DNA from: Thermotogaceae bacterium
GTDB taxonomy: Bacteria > Thermotogota > Thermotogae > B21-G9 > HyVt-16
Reading direction: 5' to 3'
DNA length: 64,000 bases
NCBI GenBank assembly: GCA_029981435.1
Contig: JARRBB010000002.1
Location: forward strand, 1,042 to 65,041
The notes under the pieces were generated by a model. The model saw nothing but the letters and a program-made list of their open reading frames with translations. It did not search any database and had not been told where the DNA came from. Each line of letters starts with the position of its first letter. Position 1 is the stretch's first letter. Below are positions 1 through 9,843 of this stretch, in pieces. A program made the translations under genes and the position numbers.

Positions 1-872
1 GAAAGTTTCGTGGAATAGAAAATGTAGATCTATCTATTGAAGAAGGAGAAATCTTCGGATTCATAGGCCCTAACGGTGCTGGTAAATCTACTACTATAAG
101 GTTATTATTGAATTTTCTTTATCCTACTTCAGGGACAGCCCGGATATTTGGTAAGGACTGTTTCAAGGAATCACATGAAATTAAAAAATTAGTTGGATAT
201 ATCCCTGGCGAGGTTAATTATTATGAGGATGTTAAAGTGAAGGATCTTCTCGAATATTCAATCACTTTTTATCACGGTAACAAAAGCGAATATAGAAAAA
301 GAATGATAGATCTCTCTGAAAGATTTGATTTAAACCTTGATAGAAAAATAGGAGATCTTTCCTTAGGGAATAAAAAGAAAGTATCCGTTGTTCAATCTTT
401 AATCCATAATCCAAAACTTCTGATATACGATGAACCAACAAATGGACTTGATCCACTCATACAAAATGTCCTCTTCGATTTGATTCGAGAAGAAAACAAA
501 AGGGGAGTTACGGTCTTTTTCTCTTCACATATTCTATCAGAAGTGCAAAAGCTCTGCACAAAAGTTGCGATAATTCGAGATGGAAAAATTGCAACTATTG
601 AAGATATTGAAAGTCTCAGAAAAAAACATTATAAAGTTGTCAAAGTAGAAGGTAGAATTGATGAGATAAATCTACCGGGAATTAAAAATCTCAAGAACGA
701 AAATAACACATTATCTTTTATGTTCTCTGGTGATATTAACGAACTACTTTTATTTTTAAGCAGAAAAAAGATCACAGATATTACAATAGAAGATCCATCA
801 CTCGAGGAAATATTCATGGATTATTACTCAAAGGAGGATGAAAACAATGAACATATTCAGATGGGAATTTAA
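1..872 (+). CDS. ABC transporter ATP-binding protein (ABC-2/bacitracin-export type), 5'-truncated by the window edge
   Basis: Reading frame 3 is open from nt 3 and encodes KFRGIENVDLSIEEGEIFGFIGPNGAGKSTT (Walker A). The signature LSLGNKKK, the Walker B motif LLIYDEP and an H-loop SSH are all present. The ORF-track Met at 108 is internal. Confidence 0.9.
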   Translation, partial: KFRGIENVDLSIEEGEIFGFIGPNGAGKSTTIRLLLNFLYPTSGTARIFGKDCFKESHEIKKLVGYIPGEVNYYEDVKVKDLLEYSITFYHGNKSEYRKRMIDLSERFDLNLDRKIGDLSLGNKKKVSVVQSLIHNPKLLIYDEPTNGLDPLIQNVLFDLIREENKRGVTVFFSSHILSEVQKLCTKVAIIRDGKIATIEDIESLRKKHYKVVKVEGRIDEINLPGIKNLKNENNTLSFMFSGDINELLLFLSRKKITDITIEDPSLEEIFMDYYSKEDENNEHIQMGI

Positions 873-1653
873 GAGATTAAGGAAGTTATTATTAGCCTGG
901 ACACTTGCATTTGTACTGCTTCAATTTATGTATTCATCGTTTTTCCCATCCATGGCATCAGAAGAAGGTGGTTTACTTTTAGCAAAACTCAACATGCTTC
1001 CGAAAGTATTTCTGAAAATGTTTGGACTGGAAAATTTAGATTTGACAAATATCTTGCATTATTATGCCATGCAGGGACAATTTATAGTAATACTCATTGG
1101 AAGTGTTTTCGCAGCTAAGATAGGTTCTAATATAGTCGTAAAGGAAGAAAGTGATAAAACAGCAGAATTCTTGCTGGCTAAACCAGTTACAAGAAGTAGG
1201 ATACTAACAGGTAAATTACTTTCGACCATTGTATGCATAGCTGTATTTGACATCATTATAATGATTGCTAATCTTGCATTTTTCAATATCTACAACACTT
1301 CTGATACATTTGATTTCGAATTGTTCTGGCTGCTTTCCATCGCTCCTTTAATGATTCATATTGTCGTTGGACTTTTAAGCTTTATGATTTCCGTATTACA
1401 GCGCAAAACTGGAAGAGCTGACATATTCTCGCTTGGTGTTGTTTTTTCGCTCTACGCTGCATCTGTACTGGCAAAACTCACAGAGAAATTAGAACTCCTT
1501 AAATTCTTTACCCCTTATTCTTATTTTGATCCATCGAATATAGTTAAAACAAGAAGCTTTGAAGCAACATATATCACGTTATTTTTCATAGAAATACTGG
1601 GATTGATTATTGTATCCTATATACACTTTAGAAAGAAGGATGTTTACATTTAA
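847..1653 (+). CDS. ABC-2 family transporter permease
   Basis: The product is a polytopic hydrophobic protein with about six predicted helices, sitting directly downstream of and overlapping the ATPase gene. The ATG at 838 abuts the AAGGAGG at 831-837, so the ATG at 847 has better Shine-Dalgarno spacing. Confidence 0.75.
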   Translation: MNIFRWEFKRLRKLLLAWTLAFVLLQFMYSSFFPSMASEEGGLLLAKLNMLPKVFLKMFGLENLDLTNILHYYAMQGQFIVILIGSVFAAKIGSNIVVKEESDKTAEFLLAKPVTRSRILTGKLLSTIVCIAVFDIIIMIANLAFFNIYNTSDTFDFELFWLLSIAPLMIHIVVGLLSFMISVLQRKTGRADIFSLGVVFSLYAASVLAKLTEKLELLKFFTPYSYFDPSNIVKTRSFEATYITLFFIEILGLIIVSYIHFRKKDVYI

Positions 1654-1672
1654 GACGATCCGAGGTGATCTT

Positions 1673-2305
1673 TTGAAAAAAAGAAGCGAAAAATATTTCA
1701 AAATAATAGATTCTGCAATAAGAGAATTTGCGGACAAGGGATATGAAGCAGCATCTACAAACAATATAGCGAAAATAGCGAACGTCTCTAAAGGTTTGAT
1801 ATTCAAATACTTTGGTAACAAAGAAAATTTGTATATAGAATCGCTAATCAGAGCAATTGAGATTGTAAAAGACGAGTTTGAAAATTTTCTGAGCAACTCA
1901 AATAAGGAAGATTTTTTCATCCTTTTGAAAGAATGGAGTTTAAGAAAAATTCAAATTTTTCATAAAAATCCTGTTCTTTCAAAATTTTTATTAACTATTC
2001 TTGATATACCTGAGGAACTTTTTAAAAAAATTCAATTCATTTATGAGGATTCACTGGAAATAAGCGCCTCTAAACTTTTTGATTCTTTCTTGAAATTGCC
2101 TATCAGAGATGACCTGCCGAAAGAAAAAGTTTTTGATTTTCTTATGATACTTTTTCAGTCTATTGGTAATAAATATATCAGAGAATTTTACAAACATTCT
2201 GATAGGTTTCTGGAAAAGAAGGAAGAACTTCTAAATGATTTCGATTTGTACCTTGAAATAATCAAAAATGGTATACTTTCAAAAACTAATTTTAAAAATT
2301 CTTAA
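1673..2305 (+). CDS. TetR/AcrR family transcriptional regulator
   Basis: The N-terminal helix-turn-helix (SAIREFADKGYEAASTNNIAKIANVSKGLIFKYFGNKENLY) is typical of TetR proteins. The ORF is open from 1610, but a TTG at 1673 follows GAGGTGA (1662-1668) and sits just past the permease stop at 1651-1653. The start is uncertain among 1610, 1640 and 1673. Confidence 0.8.
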   Translation: MKKRSEKYFKIIDSAIREFADKGYEAASTNNIAKIANVSKGLIFKYFGNKENLYIESLIRAIEIVKDEFENFLSNSNKEDFFILLKEWSLRKIQIFHKNPVLSKFLLTILDIPEELFKKIQFIYEDSLEISASKLFDSFLKLPIRDDLPKEKVFDFLMILFQSIGNKYIREFYKHSDRFLEKKEELLNDFDLYLEIIKNGILSKTNFKNS

Positions 2306-2360
2306 ATTGTAATCCGTCTTTTTTCAATTATAATATAAACAAAAATGAAAGGACAGCATC

Positions 2361-3257
2361 ATGAATTTAAAAGGCCTTTTGAGTTTGTTTGTTGTGTATA
2401 TTGTTTGGGGGAGTACTTATCTTGCCATAAGAATTGGAGTCAAAGAAGGTTCAGGAGTCCCGCCGTTTACCTTTGCTATGATAAGGCTTTTAGTCGCTTC
2501 TGGAATATTATTTTTGATGGCTTTTCTTATGAAAAAGAGAATTAGACCTACTAAAAAAGAGTTGATAATCCTTCTGTTTTCTGGTGTTTTGTTATGGAAT
2601 GGTGGTAACGGTATTGTAATGTGGGCTGAGCAAAAGGTTGATTCTGGTTATGCTGCTTTAATGATGGGTACGATGACCATATGGGTATCTCTGATAGAAC
2701 GATTGCTCGACAGGAAGAGAATCACCTTAACGCTTGTGATGTCTCTGATTAGTGGGTTTATAGGTATCGCCCTTTTGAATCTCAAAGCTCTAATTAAATT
2801 GGATGTTGAGAGTATCGTTTATCTCATATTTCTTCTTCTGGCTGCCATATCCTGGGGAAGTGGAACTCTTATTCAGGGGAGAAAAAAATCGAATTTGAAT
2901 CCTCTGGTGAGTTCTGCTTATCAGCAGCTTGCAGGTGGAATAGGCTTCGTAGTTATGAAACTTATCTTTAACGAACCTACTCCATATTTTTCTTTTGAAA
3001 CAGCTCTTGCATTGATTTATCTGATAATTTTTGGTTCAGTAATTGCATTCACAGCTTTTGTGGTAGCCTTGAAAACACTCCCTTCAGGTATTGTTATGAC
3101 ATATGCGTACGTAAACCCAGTGATAGCACTTTTACTTGGCTGGATTGTTCTTGATGAAAAGATAACCTTCCTGACCATCTCGGGTACCATATTGATTCTT
3201 TTAGGGGTGACAGGAATTTTTAAGGAAAGATATGGAAAAAAGGCAGGAAATGTATAA
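2361..3257 (+). CDS. EamA/DMT family transporter
   Basis: The protein has 10 predicted transmembrane segments in a duplicated EamA-like pattern (AIRIG..., WGSG...). There is an AAAGGA ribosome-binding site upstream. Confidence 0.75.
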   Translation: MNLKGLLSLFVVYIVWGSTYLAIRIGVKEGSGVPPFTFAMIRLLVASGILFLMAFLMKKRIRPTKKELIILLFSGVLLWNGGNGIVMWAEQKVDSGYAALMMGTMTIWVSLIERLLDRKRITLTLVMSLISGFIGIALLNLKALIKLDVESIVYLIFLLLAAISWGSGTLIQGRKKSNLNPLVSSAYQQLAGGIGFVVMKLIFNEPTPYFSFETALALIYLIIFGSVIAFTAFVVALKTLPSGIVMTYAYVNPVIALLLGWIVLDEKITFLTISGTILILLGVTGIFKERYGKKAGNV

Positions 3258-3290
3258 TATTGTAGAAAACTTTCAAAAGAGGTGAACAAC

Positions 3291-3968
3291 ATGAGTAAAT
3301 CTTTTGTTATGTTGATGATCTTAGTTTCCTTTATTGTAATAACTTTTTCCTTTTCAGCTGAAAGTCATACTATGAAAATGATACTGATTCCGACTGAAAC
3401 AAATATCGCAACTGAGACTTTTTCAATAAAGGATATCGGTTCAAAATCTTTTGAGGTGACTTCTCAAACTGTTATTGATATAAATTATCAGGGTACAGTC
3501 TATAAGGCAGAATATCTTACCGCAGGAAACTTTGATGATTTTAAAGTTGAGTCCTACAGTGCAACCATCACTGCAACTAATGGAAATTTCTATTATTTTC
3601 TAAATAAAGTCGAAAACGGTTTTGAAATTTATTATCAAACTCCAGTTGCTTCTAATAAAAAAGTATTCAATACTTCTGAAGATCTATACCTTCTCGACAA
3701 CAACATAATGTGGAACTGGTTTTTGATTATAAAAGTACTTGAAAAGAGCAAAGAAAACAATTTAAAAGTAGTTATACCCCAACTTTCAAGTCATCCGATG
3801 ATAGATATCCCAGTTTTCGATTTAAAAGTACTTGATGAGTATTCAGAGGATAATTATAAGTTTTATATACTCAGTCTTGTGAACTCGCAAATAATCGTTA
3901 AGATAGATGAAACTGGGAAAATAACAGAGATACTCCAAGGAGCCTTTAAAGTTACTCAGTCAAATTAA
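3291..3968 (+). CDS. hypothetical secreted protein (N-terminal signal peptide)
   Basis: The hydrophobic N-terminus LVSFIVITFSFSA looks like a signal peptide. An ATG at 3291 follows AGAGGTGA (3278-3285). I recognise no domain. Confidence 0.55.
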   Translation: MSKSFVMLMILVSFIVITFSFSAESHTMKMILIPTETNIATETFSIKDIGSKSFEVTSQTVIDINYQGTVYKAEYLTAGNFDDFKVESYSATITATNGNFYYFLNKVENGFEIYYQTPVASNKKVFNTSEDLYLLDNNIMWNWFLIIKVLEKSKENNLKVVIPQLSSHPMIDIPVFDLKVLDEYSEDNYKFYILSLVNSQIIVKIDETGKITEILQGAFKVTQSN

Positions 3969-3981
3969 AGAAGGTGAGACA

Positions 3982-4581
3982 ATGGAACACTACTTTATTG
4001 AAGAGCCAAAGTCACCTTTGAAAGTTGCAAATGTCGAATTAATTCTTAAAAACGGTCATAAATATGTCTTCAAGACCCCAAGCGGTGTGTTTTCCTTCAA
4101 ACGAATTGATAAGGCAACCAAAATACTGATAGAAAATTGCATAATTCATGGAAAAGATGTTCTTGATATTGGTTGTGGTTACGGTGTTATCGGAATAACG
4201 TTGAAACTTGAGAATCCAGACATAAACATCTATATGAGTGATATAAACAAAAGAGCTGTGGAATTTGCAAAAATAAATGCAAAAAACAATAACATAGTAG
4301 CTGAGATTCGACAGAGCGATCTATACAATTGCTGGAAAGAATACAAGTTTGATGTAATAATATCCAATCCACCAATAGTGGCAGGTAAAAGAATCTGGCA
4401 AAAACTGATAGAAGGAGCTTATGAACATTTAAAACCTGGAGGTTCATTACAGCTTGTAGCCTACCATAATAAAGGAGGAAAAAGCATATCAAAGTATATG
4501 GAAGATGTATTTGGCAACGTGGATTACCTTGCAAAAGAAGGAGGAATAAGAGTTTATATCTCTAAAAGGGAGTTAGATTGA
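3982..4581 (+). CDS. class I SAM-dependent methyltransferase (RsmC/RlmG small-domain type, N2-guanine rRNA methyltransferase-like)
   Basis: It carries SAM-binding motif I (VLDIGCGYGVIG), an acidic SDIN motif and motif IV (ISNPPI), which is the NPPF/Y-type amino-methyltransferase signature. There is a GAAGGTGAG ribosome-binding site upstream. Confidence 0.8.
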   Translation: MEHYFIEEPKSPLKVANVELILKNGHKYVFKTPSGVFSFKRIDKATKILIENCIIHGKDVLDIGCGYGVIGITLKLENPDINIYMSDINKRAVEFAKINAKNNNIVAEIRQSDLYNCWKEYKFDVIISNPPIVAGKRIWQKLIEGAYEHLKPGGSLQLVAYHNKGGKSISKYMEDVFGNVDYLAKEGGIRVYISKRELD

Positions 4582-5411
4582 TGATAGTATTGAAAGCTGT
4601 TAGCTTTTCATACGGAAAAGAAATGATTCTAAAAGATATAGATCTTAGAATAAATGAAGGCGAATTTGTTGGAATAATAGGACCGAATGGTTCAGGAAAA
4701 ACGACGCTTTTAAAATTGATGAATGGACTTTTAATCCCCAATGCTGGTGAGGTAGAAGTTGATGGAATGAAAACAAATATCCAGGAACAGAACTGGGAAA
4801 TAAAAAAAATAGCGGGTTATGTTTTTCAAAATCCAGAAAACCAGATCGTTGGTATCACCGTTGAAGAGGACTTAGTGTTTGGAATGGAAAATGTTGGCCT
4901 TCCTGTGGATGAAATGAAAAGAAGAATAAAAGAAGTTTTACAGTTTGTAGGACTGGAAGGTTTTGAAAAAAGGAGTGTCAATTCTTTATCGGGAGGACAG
5001 AAACAAAGGCTTGCTGTTGCATCGATACTTGCCATAGGTCCCAAGTATTTTTTGTTTGATGAGCCCACCTCAATGCTCGATCCCAATTCACGGAAAGATT
5101 TCCTGCAGGTTCTTAAAAAACTCAGAGAGTCGGGTAAAACAATTGTTATGATCTCACACGACCTTGAAGAACTAATAGAGTGCAACAGATTGTTGTTCAT
5201 CTATGATGGTAGGGTATTGTTAGATGATAAACCTGTGAAAGCTTTAAAAGACATTCTGGAAAATGGTGAGATGATTAAATATGTTGACATACCCGATTCC
5301 ATACGTTTCCAAATTCTTTTGGAAAAGTACGGACTTATAGATAAAAAGGACTACCTTTTGAAAAAAATTGAACTAATAAAGGTGGTTAAAGACCTTGTCA
5401 ATACTTTTTAA
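4578..5411 (+). CDS. ecfA1: energy-coupling factor (ECF) transporter ATPase EcfA1
   Basis: Walker A GPNGSGKTT, signature LSGGQKQR and Walker B FLFDEP are present, along with the C-terminal EcfA-type extension. Its start overlaps the upstream gene as ATGA. Confidence 0.85.
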   Translation: MMIVLKAVSFSYGKEMILKDIDLRINEGEFVGIIGPNGSGKTTLLKLMNGLLIPNAGEVEVDGMKTNIQEQNWEIKKIAGYVFQNPENQIVGITVEEDLVFGMENVGLPVDEMKRRIKEVLQFVGLEGFEKRSVNSLSGGQKQRLAVASILAIGPKYFLFDEPTSMLDPNSRKDFLQVLKKLRESGKTIVMISHDLEELIECNRLLFIYDGRVLLDDKPVKALKDILENGEMIKYVDIPDSIRFQILLEKYGLIDKKDYLLKKIELIKVVKDLVNTF

Positions 5412-6237
5412 AAATGTATTTTTCAACTATAAATTTGCGAAACAGGACATAAAGGCTCTTGAAAATATAAATCTTGAATTTAAGAAAAGTACGATATCTG
5501 TGATACTTGGTGAAACAGGTTCTGGTAAATCAACCCTTCTTCAGCTTGCAAGTGCTCTCCTTTTACCTTCCAGTGGTTCGGTGATCGTTGAAGGAATAGA
5601 TTCCAGCCTGTCTGAAACCAGTAGATATGAGATAAGAAAAAAGGTGGGTATTGTCTTTCAATATCCAGAATCACAATTTTTTCTTGATACAGTATTTGAT
5701 GAGATAACTTTTGCACCTAAAAACTATGGAATCAAAGAGAATCTGAAAGATATAGTCCTCAAAATCATAAAAGAATTAGGCATAGATGAAAAATTGTTAA
5801 AAGAATCTCCTTTCAACCTTTCCGGGGGTGAAAAAAGAAAAGTTGCAATAGCGTCTGTTTTATCTTTTTCACCAGATTACATTGCGATGGATGAACCCTT
5901 TGTAGGACTGGATAAAACAGGTAAAAACAGATTGGTTGATTTGATTCTAAAACTCAAAGATCAGGGAAAAGGATGTATCATTGTCACTCATTACCTTGAA
6001 TTATTAAAAGATATCGCCGATGAAGTTTTTGTATTAAAAAATGGTAAACTCATATCAAAGTTCGAGGGTAAAATTTTCTTTGAACTGTTGATGAATTTGA
6101 AAAGACTCAAATTTGAGATGCCAACTTTCTGGGAAATTCTTGAAGTATTCATGAGTTCGGATAACAAACTTGAAAACTATATTCCACCAGAAGAGCTGGT
6201 GGAACTTTTGATAGATTTCAAAAAAAGGGGGGCTTGA
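5395..6237 (+). CDS. ecfA2: ECF transporter ATPase EcfA2
   Basis: This is a second tandem ATPase with GETGSGKST, LSGGEKRK and a Walker B motif. A TTG start follows AAAGGTGG. The tandem A1/A2 pair is typical of the ECF module, but no EcfT gene follows. Confidence 0.85.
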   Translation: MSILFKNVFFNYKFAKQDIKALENINLEFKKSTISVILGETGSGKSTLLQLASALLLPSSGSVIVEGIDSSLSETSRYEIRKKVGIVFQYPESQFFLDTVFDEITFAPKNYGIKENLKDIVLKIIKELGIDEKLLKESPFNLSGGEKRKVAIASVLSFSPDYIAMDEPFVGLDKTGKNRLVDLILKLKDQGKGCIIVTHYLELLKDIADEVFVLKNGKLISKFEGKIFFELLMNLKRLKFEMPTFWEILEVFMSSDNKLENYIPPEELVELLIDFKKRGA

Positions 6238-6238
6238 T

Positions 6239-7126
6239 ATGAAGACGAACAAAGACCGTCTTGTAATGATTTCGGTTCAAGGAACGATAGTTAAACCAGA
6301 ACACAGTGGTCGACATTCTGTGGATCATATGGGAAGACCTTTTATGTTGCCTGGCACTGGCGGAATAACTTACAATGTTAAAGTTGGAGATTCTGCTTTT
6401 GGTTGGGAAGCAGATCATGTCGAACCAGGGGTTTCGACGATATTAGATCAGGCGAAAAGATATGACGGTCCAAACAAAGGATACCATTTTTATGCATGTA
6501 TAGGAAACGAAGCAAAGGTGGTAACCGGTGACGCTAAAGGTGCAAAGGGTGTTGTTACAGGTCATCACGGTGGAGCAGAACATGTGCTCGTAGATTTTCC
6601 TGATGAAGTCCTTGAAAATTTGAATATGGATGACAAAATACTTATAAAAGCTTTTGGACAAGGATTTAAACTTTTAGATCACCCTGATATATATTTTTAC
6701 AACCTTGATCCCAATCTCTTTGAGAAAATGAATGTAAAGGAAGAAGGAGATTCAATAGTGGTTCCTGTTGTTGCCAAAATACCTGGGATGCTCATGGGTT
6801 CTGGTATCGGCTCAACAACAATGGGAACGGGTGATTATGATATTATGACGGCAGATGAAAAAACTCTGAAAAAATACGGTCTTCAAAATCTGAGACTCGG
6901 AGACATTGTGGCAATTATGGATCACGATAATGTTTTTGGAAGATGTTATAGAAAAGGTGCGGTAACCATTGGTATAGTGATACACAGTGATTGTAAGTAT
7001 GCAGGCCACGGCCCTGGAGTTACAACTATCATTTCCTGTCAAAAGCCAAAAATAAAACCTGTCATAGACGAGGACGCAAACATTGCAAAAATACTTGGAA
7101 TTGGGAGATTCAGAGAACAAAATTAA
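6239..7126 (+). CDS. conserved hypothetical soluble protein (possibly DUF4438 family)
   Basis: A 295-aa non-membrane ORF starts 1 nt after the ecfA2 stop, suggesting co-transcription. The family assignment is from memory only. Confidence 0.5.
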   Translation: MKTNKDRLVMISVQGTIVKPEHSGRHSVDHMGRPFMLPGTGGITYNVKVGDSAFGWEADHVEPGVSTILDQAKRYDGPNKGYHFYACIGNEAKVVTGDAKGAKGVVTGHHGGAEHVLVDFPDEVLENLNMDDKILIKAFGQGFKLLDHPDIYFYNLDPNLFEKMNVKEEGDSIVVPVVAKIPGMLMGSGIGSTTMGTGDYDIMTADEKTLKKYGLQNLRLGDIVAIMDHDNVFGRCYRKGAVTIGIVIHSDCKYAGHGPGVTTIISCQKPKIKPVIDEDANIAKILGIGRFREQN

Positions 7127-7145
7127 AAAGGTGGTGAGTTGGAAA

Positions 7146-7466
7146 ATGCTGGTTTTAACCACACCAAACATAGAAGGGAAAAAAGTCACTAAATATTTAG
7201 GTATAGTCAGTGGTGAAGCAATAATGGGTGCAAATATACTCAAAGATTTTTTTGCAGGGATAAGAGATATTGTAGGTGGAAGAGCGGGAGCATACGAACG
7301 AGAATTAAAAAGAGCCAAGGAGATTGCAATAAGCGAAATGATTGAAGAAGCTAGAAAGCTTGGTGCAAATGCCATACTCAGTGTTGATATTGATTACGAA
7401 ACGATAGGTCAAAGTATGTTGATGGTAAGCACAAGCGGAACGGCGGTTGTTGTAGAGGAAAATTAA
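7146..7466 (+). CDS. YbjQ/UPF0145 (DUF74) family protein
   Basis: [14 protein letters not shown]...[42 protein letters not shown] is characteristic of the family. The ATG at 7146 follows AAAGGTGGTGA, and the ORF-track start at 7083 overlaps the upstream gene. Confidence 0.8.
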   Translation: MLVLTTPNIEGKKVTKYLGIVSGEAIMGANILKDFFAGIRDIVGGRAGAYERELKRAKEIAISEMIEEARKLGANAILSVDIDYETIGQSMLMVSTSGTAVVVEEN

Positions 7467-7467
7467 G

Positions 7468-7950
7468 ATGATCAGTAAAAAACATCTCGACGTCCTGAAA
7501 AAAATTTACAATCAGCTCAAAGATAAAAACATAAACTGGGTAGTAACAGGTAGCCTTGGTTTTGCACTTCAAGGTGTACCTGTTGAACCTAACGATATTG
7601 ATATTCAGACTGACAAAAAAGGTGCTTATGAGATTGAACACATTTTCTCAGAATTTACAACTAAAAGGGTTAGATTTTCTTCCACAGAGAAAATACGTTC
7701 ACATTTTGGTGAACTGGTCATTGATGGAATAAAAGTTGAAATTATGGGAGATATTCAAAAGCGATTGGAAGATGGAAATTGGGAAGACCCTGTGAATTTG
7801 GATTGTTACAAGCGATTTGTAGAAATAGAAAAAATGAAAATACCAGTGCTTTCTTTGGAATATGAATATCAAGCATATTTAAAATTAGGCAGAGTAGAAA
7901 AAGCAAAATTATTGAGAGATTGGCTAAATAAAAATCCGGAGGTGTCATGA
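7468..7950 (+). CDS. nucleotidyltransferase-fold protein (Pol-beta superfamily, minimal NTase)
   Basis: The GS motif and DxD (VTGSLGFALQGVPVEPNDIDIQTD) are present. The 160-aa size fits minimal nucleotidyltransferases or antibiotic nucleotidyltransferases. No cognate HEPN partner is seen. Confidence 0.6.
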   Translation: MISKKHLDVLKKIYNQLKDKNINWVVTGSLGFALQGVPVEPNDIDIQTDKKGAYEIEHIFSEFTTKRVRFSSTEKIRSHFGELVIDGIKVEIMGDIQKRLEDGNWEDPVNLDCYKRFVEIEKMKIPVLSLEYEYQAYLKLGRVEKAKLLRDWLNKNPEVS

Positions 7951-8688
7951 TTGTTAATCTATATTTTAGTCCTTTTAACAGGTGTAGCTGCTGGATTTTT
8001 AAATACAGTTGCTGGAGGCGGTTCTCTCTTGAGTCTTCCTATTTTGACATTTCTTGGACTTGGCATTGATGTTGCAAACGGTACTAACAGAATAGCAATA
8101 TTGATGCAAAATATAGCAGCAACATACAGATTCAGAAAAAGTGGTATCAACGTTTCAAAAGAAATCTTTCAACTTGGAATTCCTACTCTTTTCGGTGCTG
8201 CTCTCGGTGCTACAATTGCAATAAATTTGAATAAAGAGCTACTTGAAAAAGTTATTGCGGTAATATTGATAGTCCTTGCGATACTTCTGGTGTTCAGACC
8301 AAAAATGTGGTCTGGTAAAGAACCTAAAAAGGAAATACCTAAAATAGCTCAGTACCTTGTATTCTTTGGTCTTGGAGTATACGGCGGCTTTATACAGGCC
8401 GGAATAGGATTCTTTCTGATAACCGCAATAGTACTGGTAAAAGGATTTGATCTGGTGAGAACCAATGCAGTGAAGGTTGGAGTGATAGCACTGTATACCG
8501 TCTTATCACTGATAATTTTCTTTATCGGTGGAAAGGTAGATTTGCTTTTAGGGCTGGTTCTGGGCGTGGGAAATTCCTTAGGTGGCATTCTTGGCGCTCA
8601 ATTCAGTGTTAAAAAAGGCTCCAAATGGATAAGGATCATACTTTTTGCTACCGTGACTTTCAGTGCATTGAAAATGCTCTTATCCTGA
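7951..8688 (+). CDS. sulfite exporter TauE/SafE family membrane protein
   Basis: It has two Gly-rich repeats (AGGGSLLSLPIL; GLGVYGGFIQAGIGFF) and about eight transmembrane helices. The start is TTG. Confidence 0.8.
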   Translation: MLIYILVLLTGVAAGFLNTVAGGGSLLSLPILTFLGLGIDVANGTNRIAILMQNIAATYRFRKSGINVSKEIFQLGIPTLFGAALGATIAINLNKELLEKVIAVILIVLAILLVFRPKMWSGKEPKKEIPKIAQYLVFFGLGVYGGFIQAGIGFFLITAIVLVKGFDLVRTNAVKVGVIALYTVLSLIIFFIGGKVDLLLGLVLGVGNSLGGILGAQFSVKKGSKWIRIILFATVTFSALKMLLS

Positions 8689-8704
8689 AACGAGGTGAAA
8701 GGAT

Positions 8705-9835
8705 TTGAAAAGAAAAATTGCAGTTGTCTTTGGTACACGTCCTGAAGCAATTAAACTTGCTCCTGTTATCAAAAAAATTTTTGAATCAGATATTCTGGAA
8801 CCTGTTGTTATTTCAACAGGTCAGCACAGGGAAATGTTAAAGCAAGTACTTAAAACATTCGAAATAAAGGTGGATCATGATTTAGATGTAATGGTTGAAA
8901 AACAAACTCTACCTTTTCTTACCGCGAGATTACTTGAAAAGTTGGACAAGATATTTCAAGAAGTATCCATCGATTTTACACTTGTACAGGGTGACACAAC
9001 AACCACTTTTGCCGCAGCTCTGATATCCTTTTACCATAAAATTCCAATTGGTCACGTTGAAGCAGGTCTGAGAACTTTAGATATTTACAACCCTTTTCCG
9101 GAAGAAGCAAATAGAAGATTAACATCCGTTATCAGCACACTTCAATTTGCACCAACAGAAATCGCAAAACAGAATTTAATCGAAGAAGGATTCGATGTTT
9201 CAAGAATATTCGTTACCGGTAATACCGTTGTTGATTCACTGAAGTGGGTTATAAACAACAAATCTGATCTACTTGAAAAAAAGTTCCACGAACTTCTAAA
9301 TGGAAGGGAAATACAGGGTAAAAAGCTGATCCTTTTGACGATGCACAGAAGAGAAAATTGGGGAACTAATATGAAAAATGCACTTTTGGGAGTCAAAGAT
9401 GTTTTGGGAGAAAAAGACGATGTATTCGTTGTTTTTCCAGTACATTTGAATCCAATCGTTAGGGAAACGGTTTTCTCTGTTTTTGATAATTTCGAAAATA
9501 TAATGCTTACTGATCCAGTAGATTACATAACCATGATTTCATTAATGAAAAATTCTTATGCCATTCTCACCGATTCTGGTGGAATACAGGAAGAAGCTCC
9601 AACTTTTAGAAAGCCAGTATTAATACTTAGAACCACCACAGAAAGACCCGAAATAATAAAAGCAGGCTGCGGAAAATTAATAGGAACAGATAGAAAAGAA
9701 GTTTATGAGAATCTAAAAAGAATCCTTGAAGATCAGAACATGCATTCGAAAATGTCCAAATCCAAAAACCCTTTCGGTGATGGTAGAGCTTCTGAGAGGA
9801 TTATCAATCTGATTGAGGCTTTTTTCAAGAGGTGA
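8705..9835 (+). CDS. wecB: UDP-N-acetylglucosamine 2-epimerase (non-hydrolysing)
   Basis: The sequence KIAVVFGTRPEAIKLAPV...GQHREM...HVEAGLRT...DSGGIQEEAP is collinear with WecB/MnaA. The start is TTG. Confidence 0.85.
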   Translation: MKRKIAVVFGTRPEAIKLAPVIKKIFESDILEPVVISTGQHREMLKQVLKTFEIKVDHDLDVMVEKQTLPFLTARLLEKLDKIFQEVSIDFTLVQGDTTTTFAAALISFYHKIPIGHVEAGLRTLDIYNPFPEEANRRLTSVISTLQFAPTEIAKQNLIEEGFDVSRIFVTGNTVVDSLKWVINNKSDLLEKKFHELLNGREIQGKKLILLTMHRRENWGTNMKNALLGVKDVLGEKDDVFVVFPVHLNPIVRETVFSVFDNFENIMLTDPVDYITMISLMKNSYAILTDSGGIQEEAPTFRKPVLILRTTTERPEIIKAGCGKLIGTDRKEVYENLKRILEDQNMHSKMSKSKNPFGDGRASERIINLIEAFFKR

Positions 9836-9843
9836 ATAGTTAA

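Noticed and set aside
262-1286. Short antisense ORFs from the track (262..456 -, 629..817 -, 1062..1286 -) inside the ABC ATPase and permease genes
   Set aside because: They lie wholly inside well-supported long ORFs on the opposite strand. They have low-complexity translations and no ribosome-binding site. They are shadow ORFs typical of AT-rich DNA. The same applies to the many other 60-150-aa antisense ORFs throughout the track.
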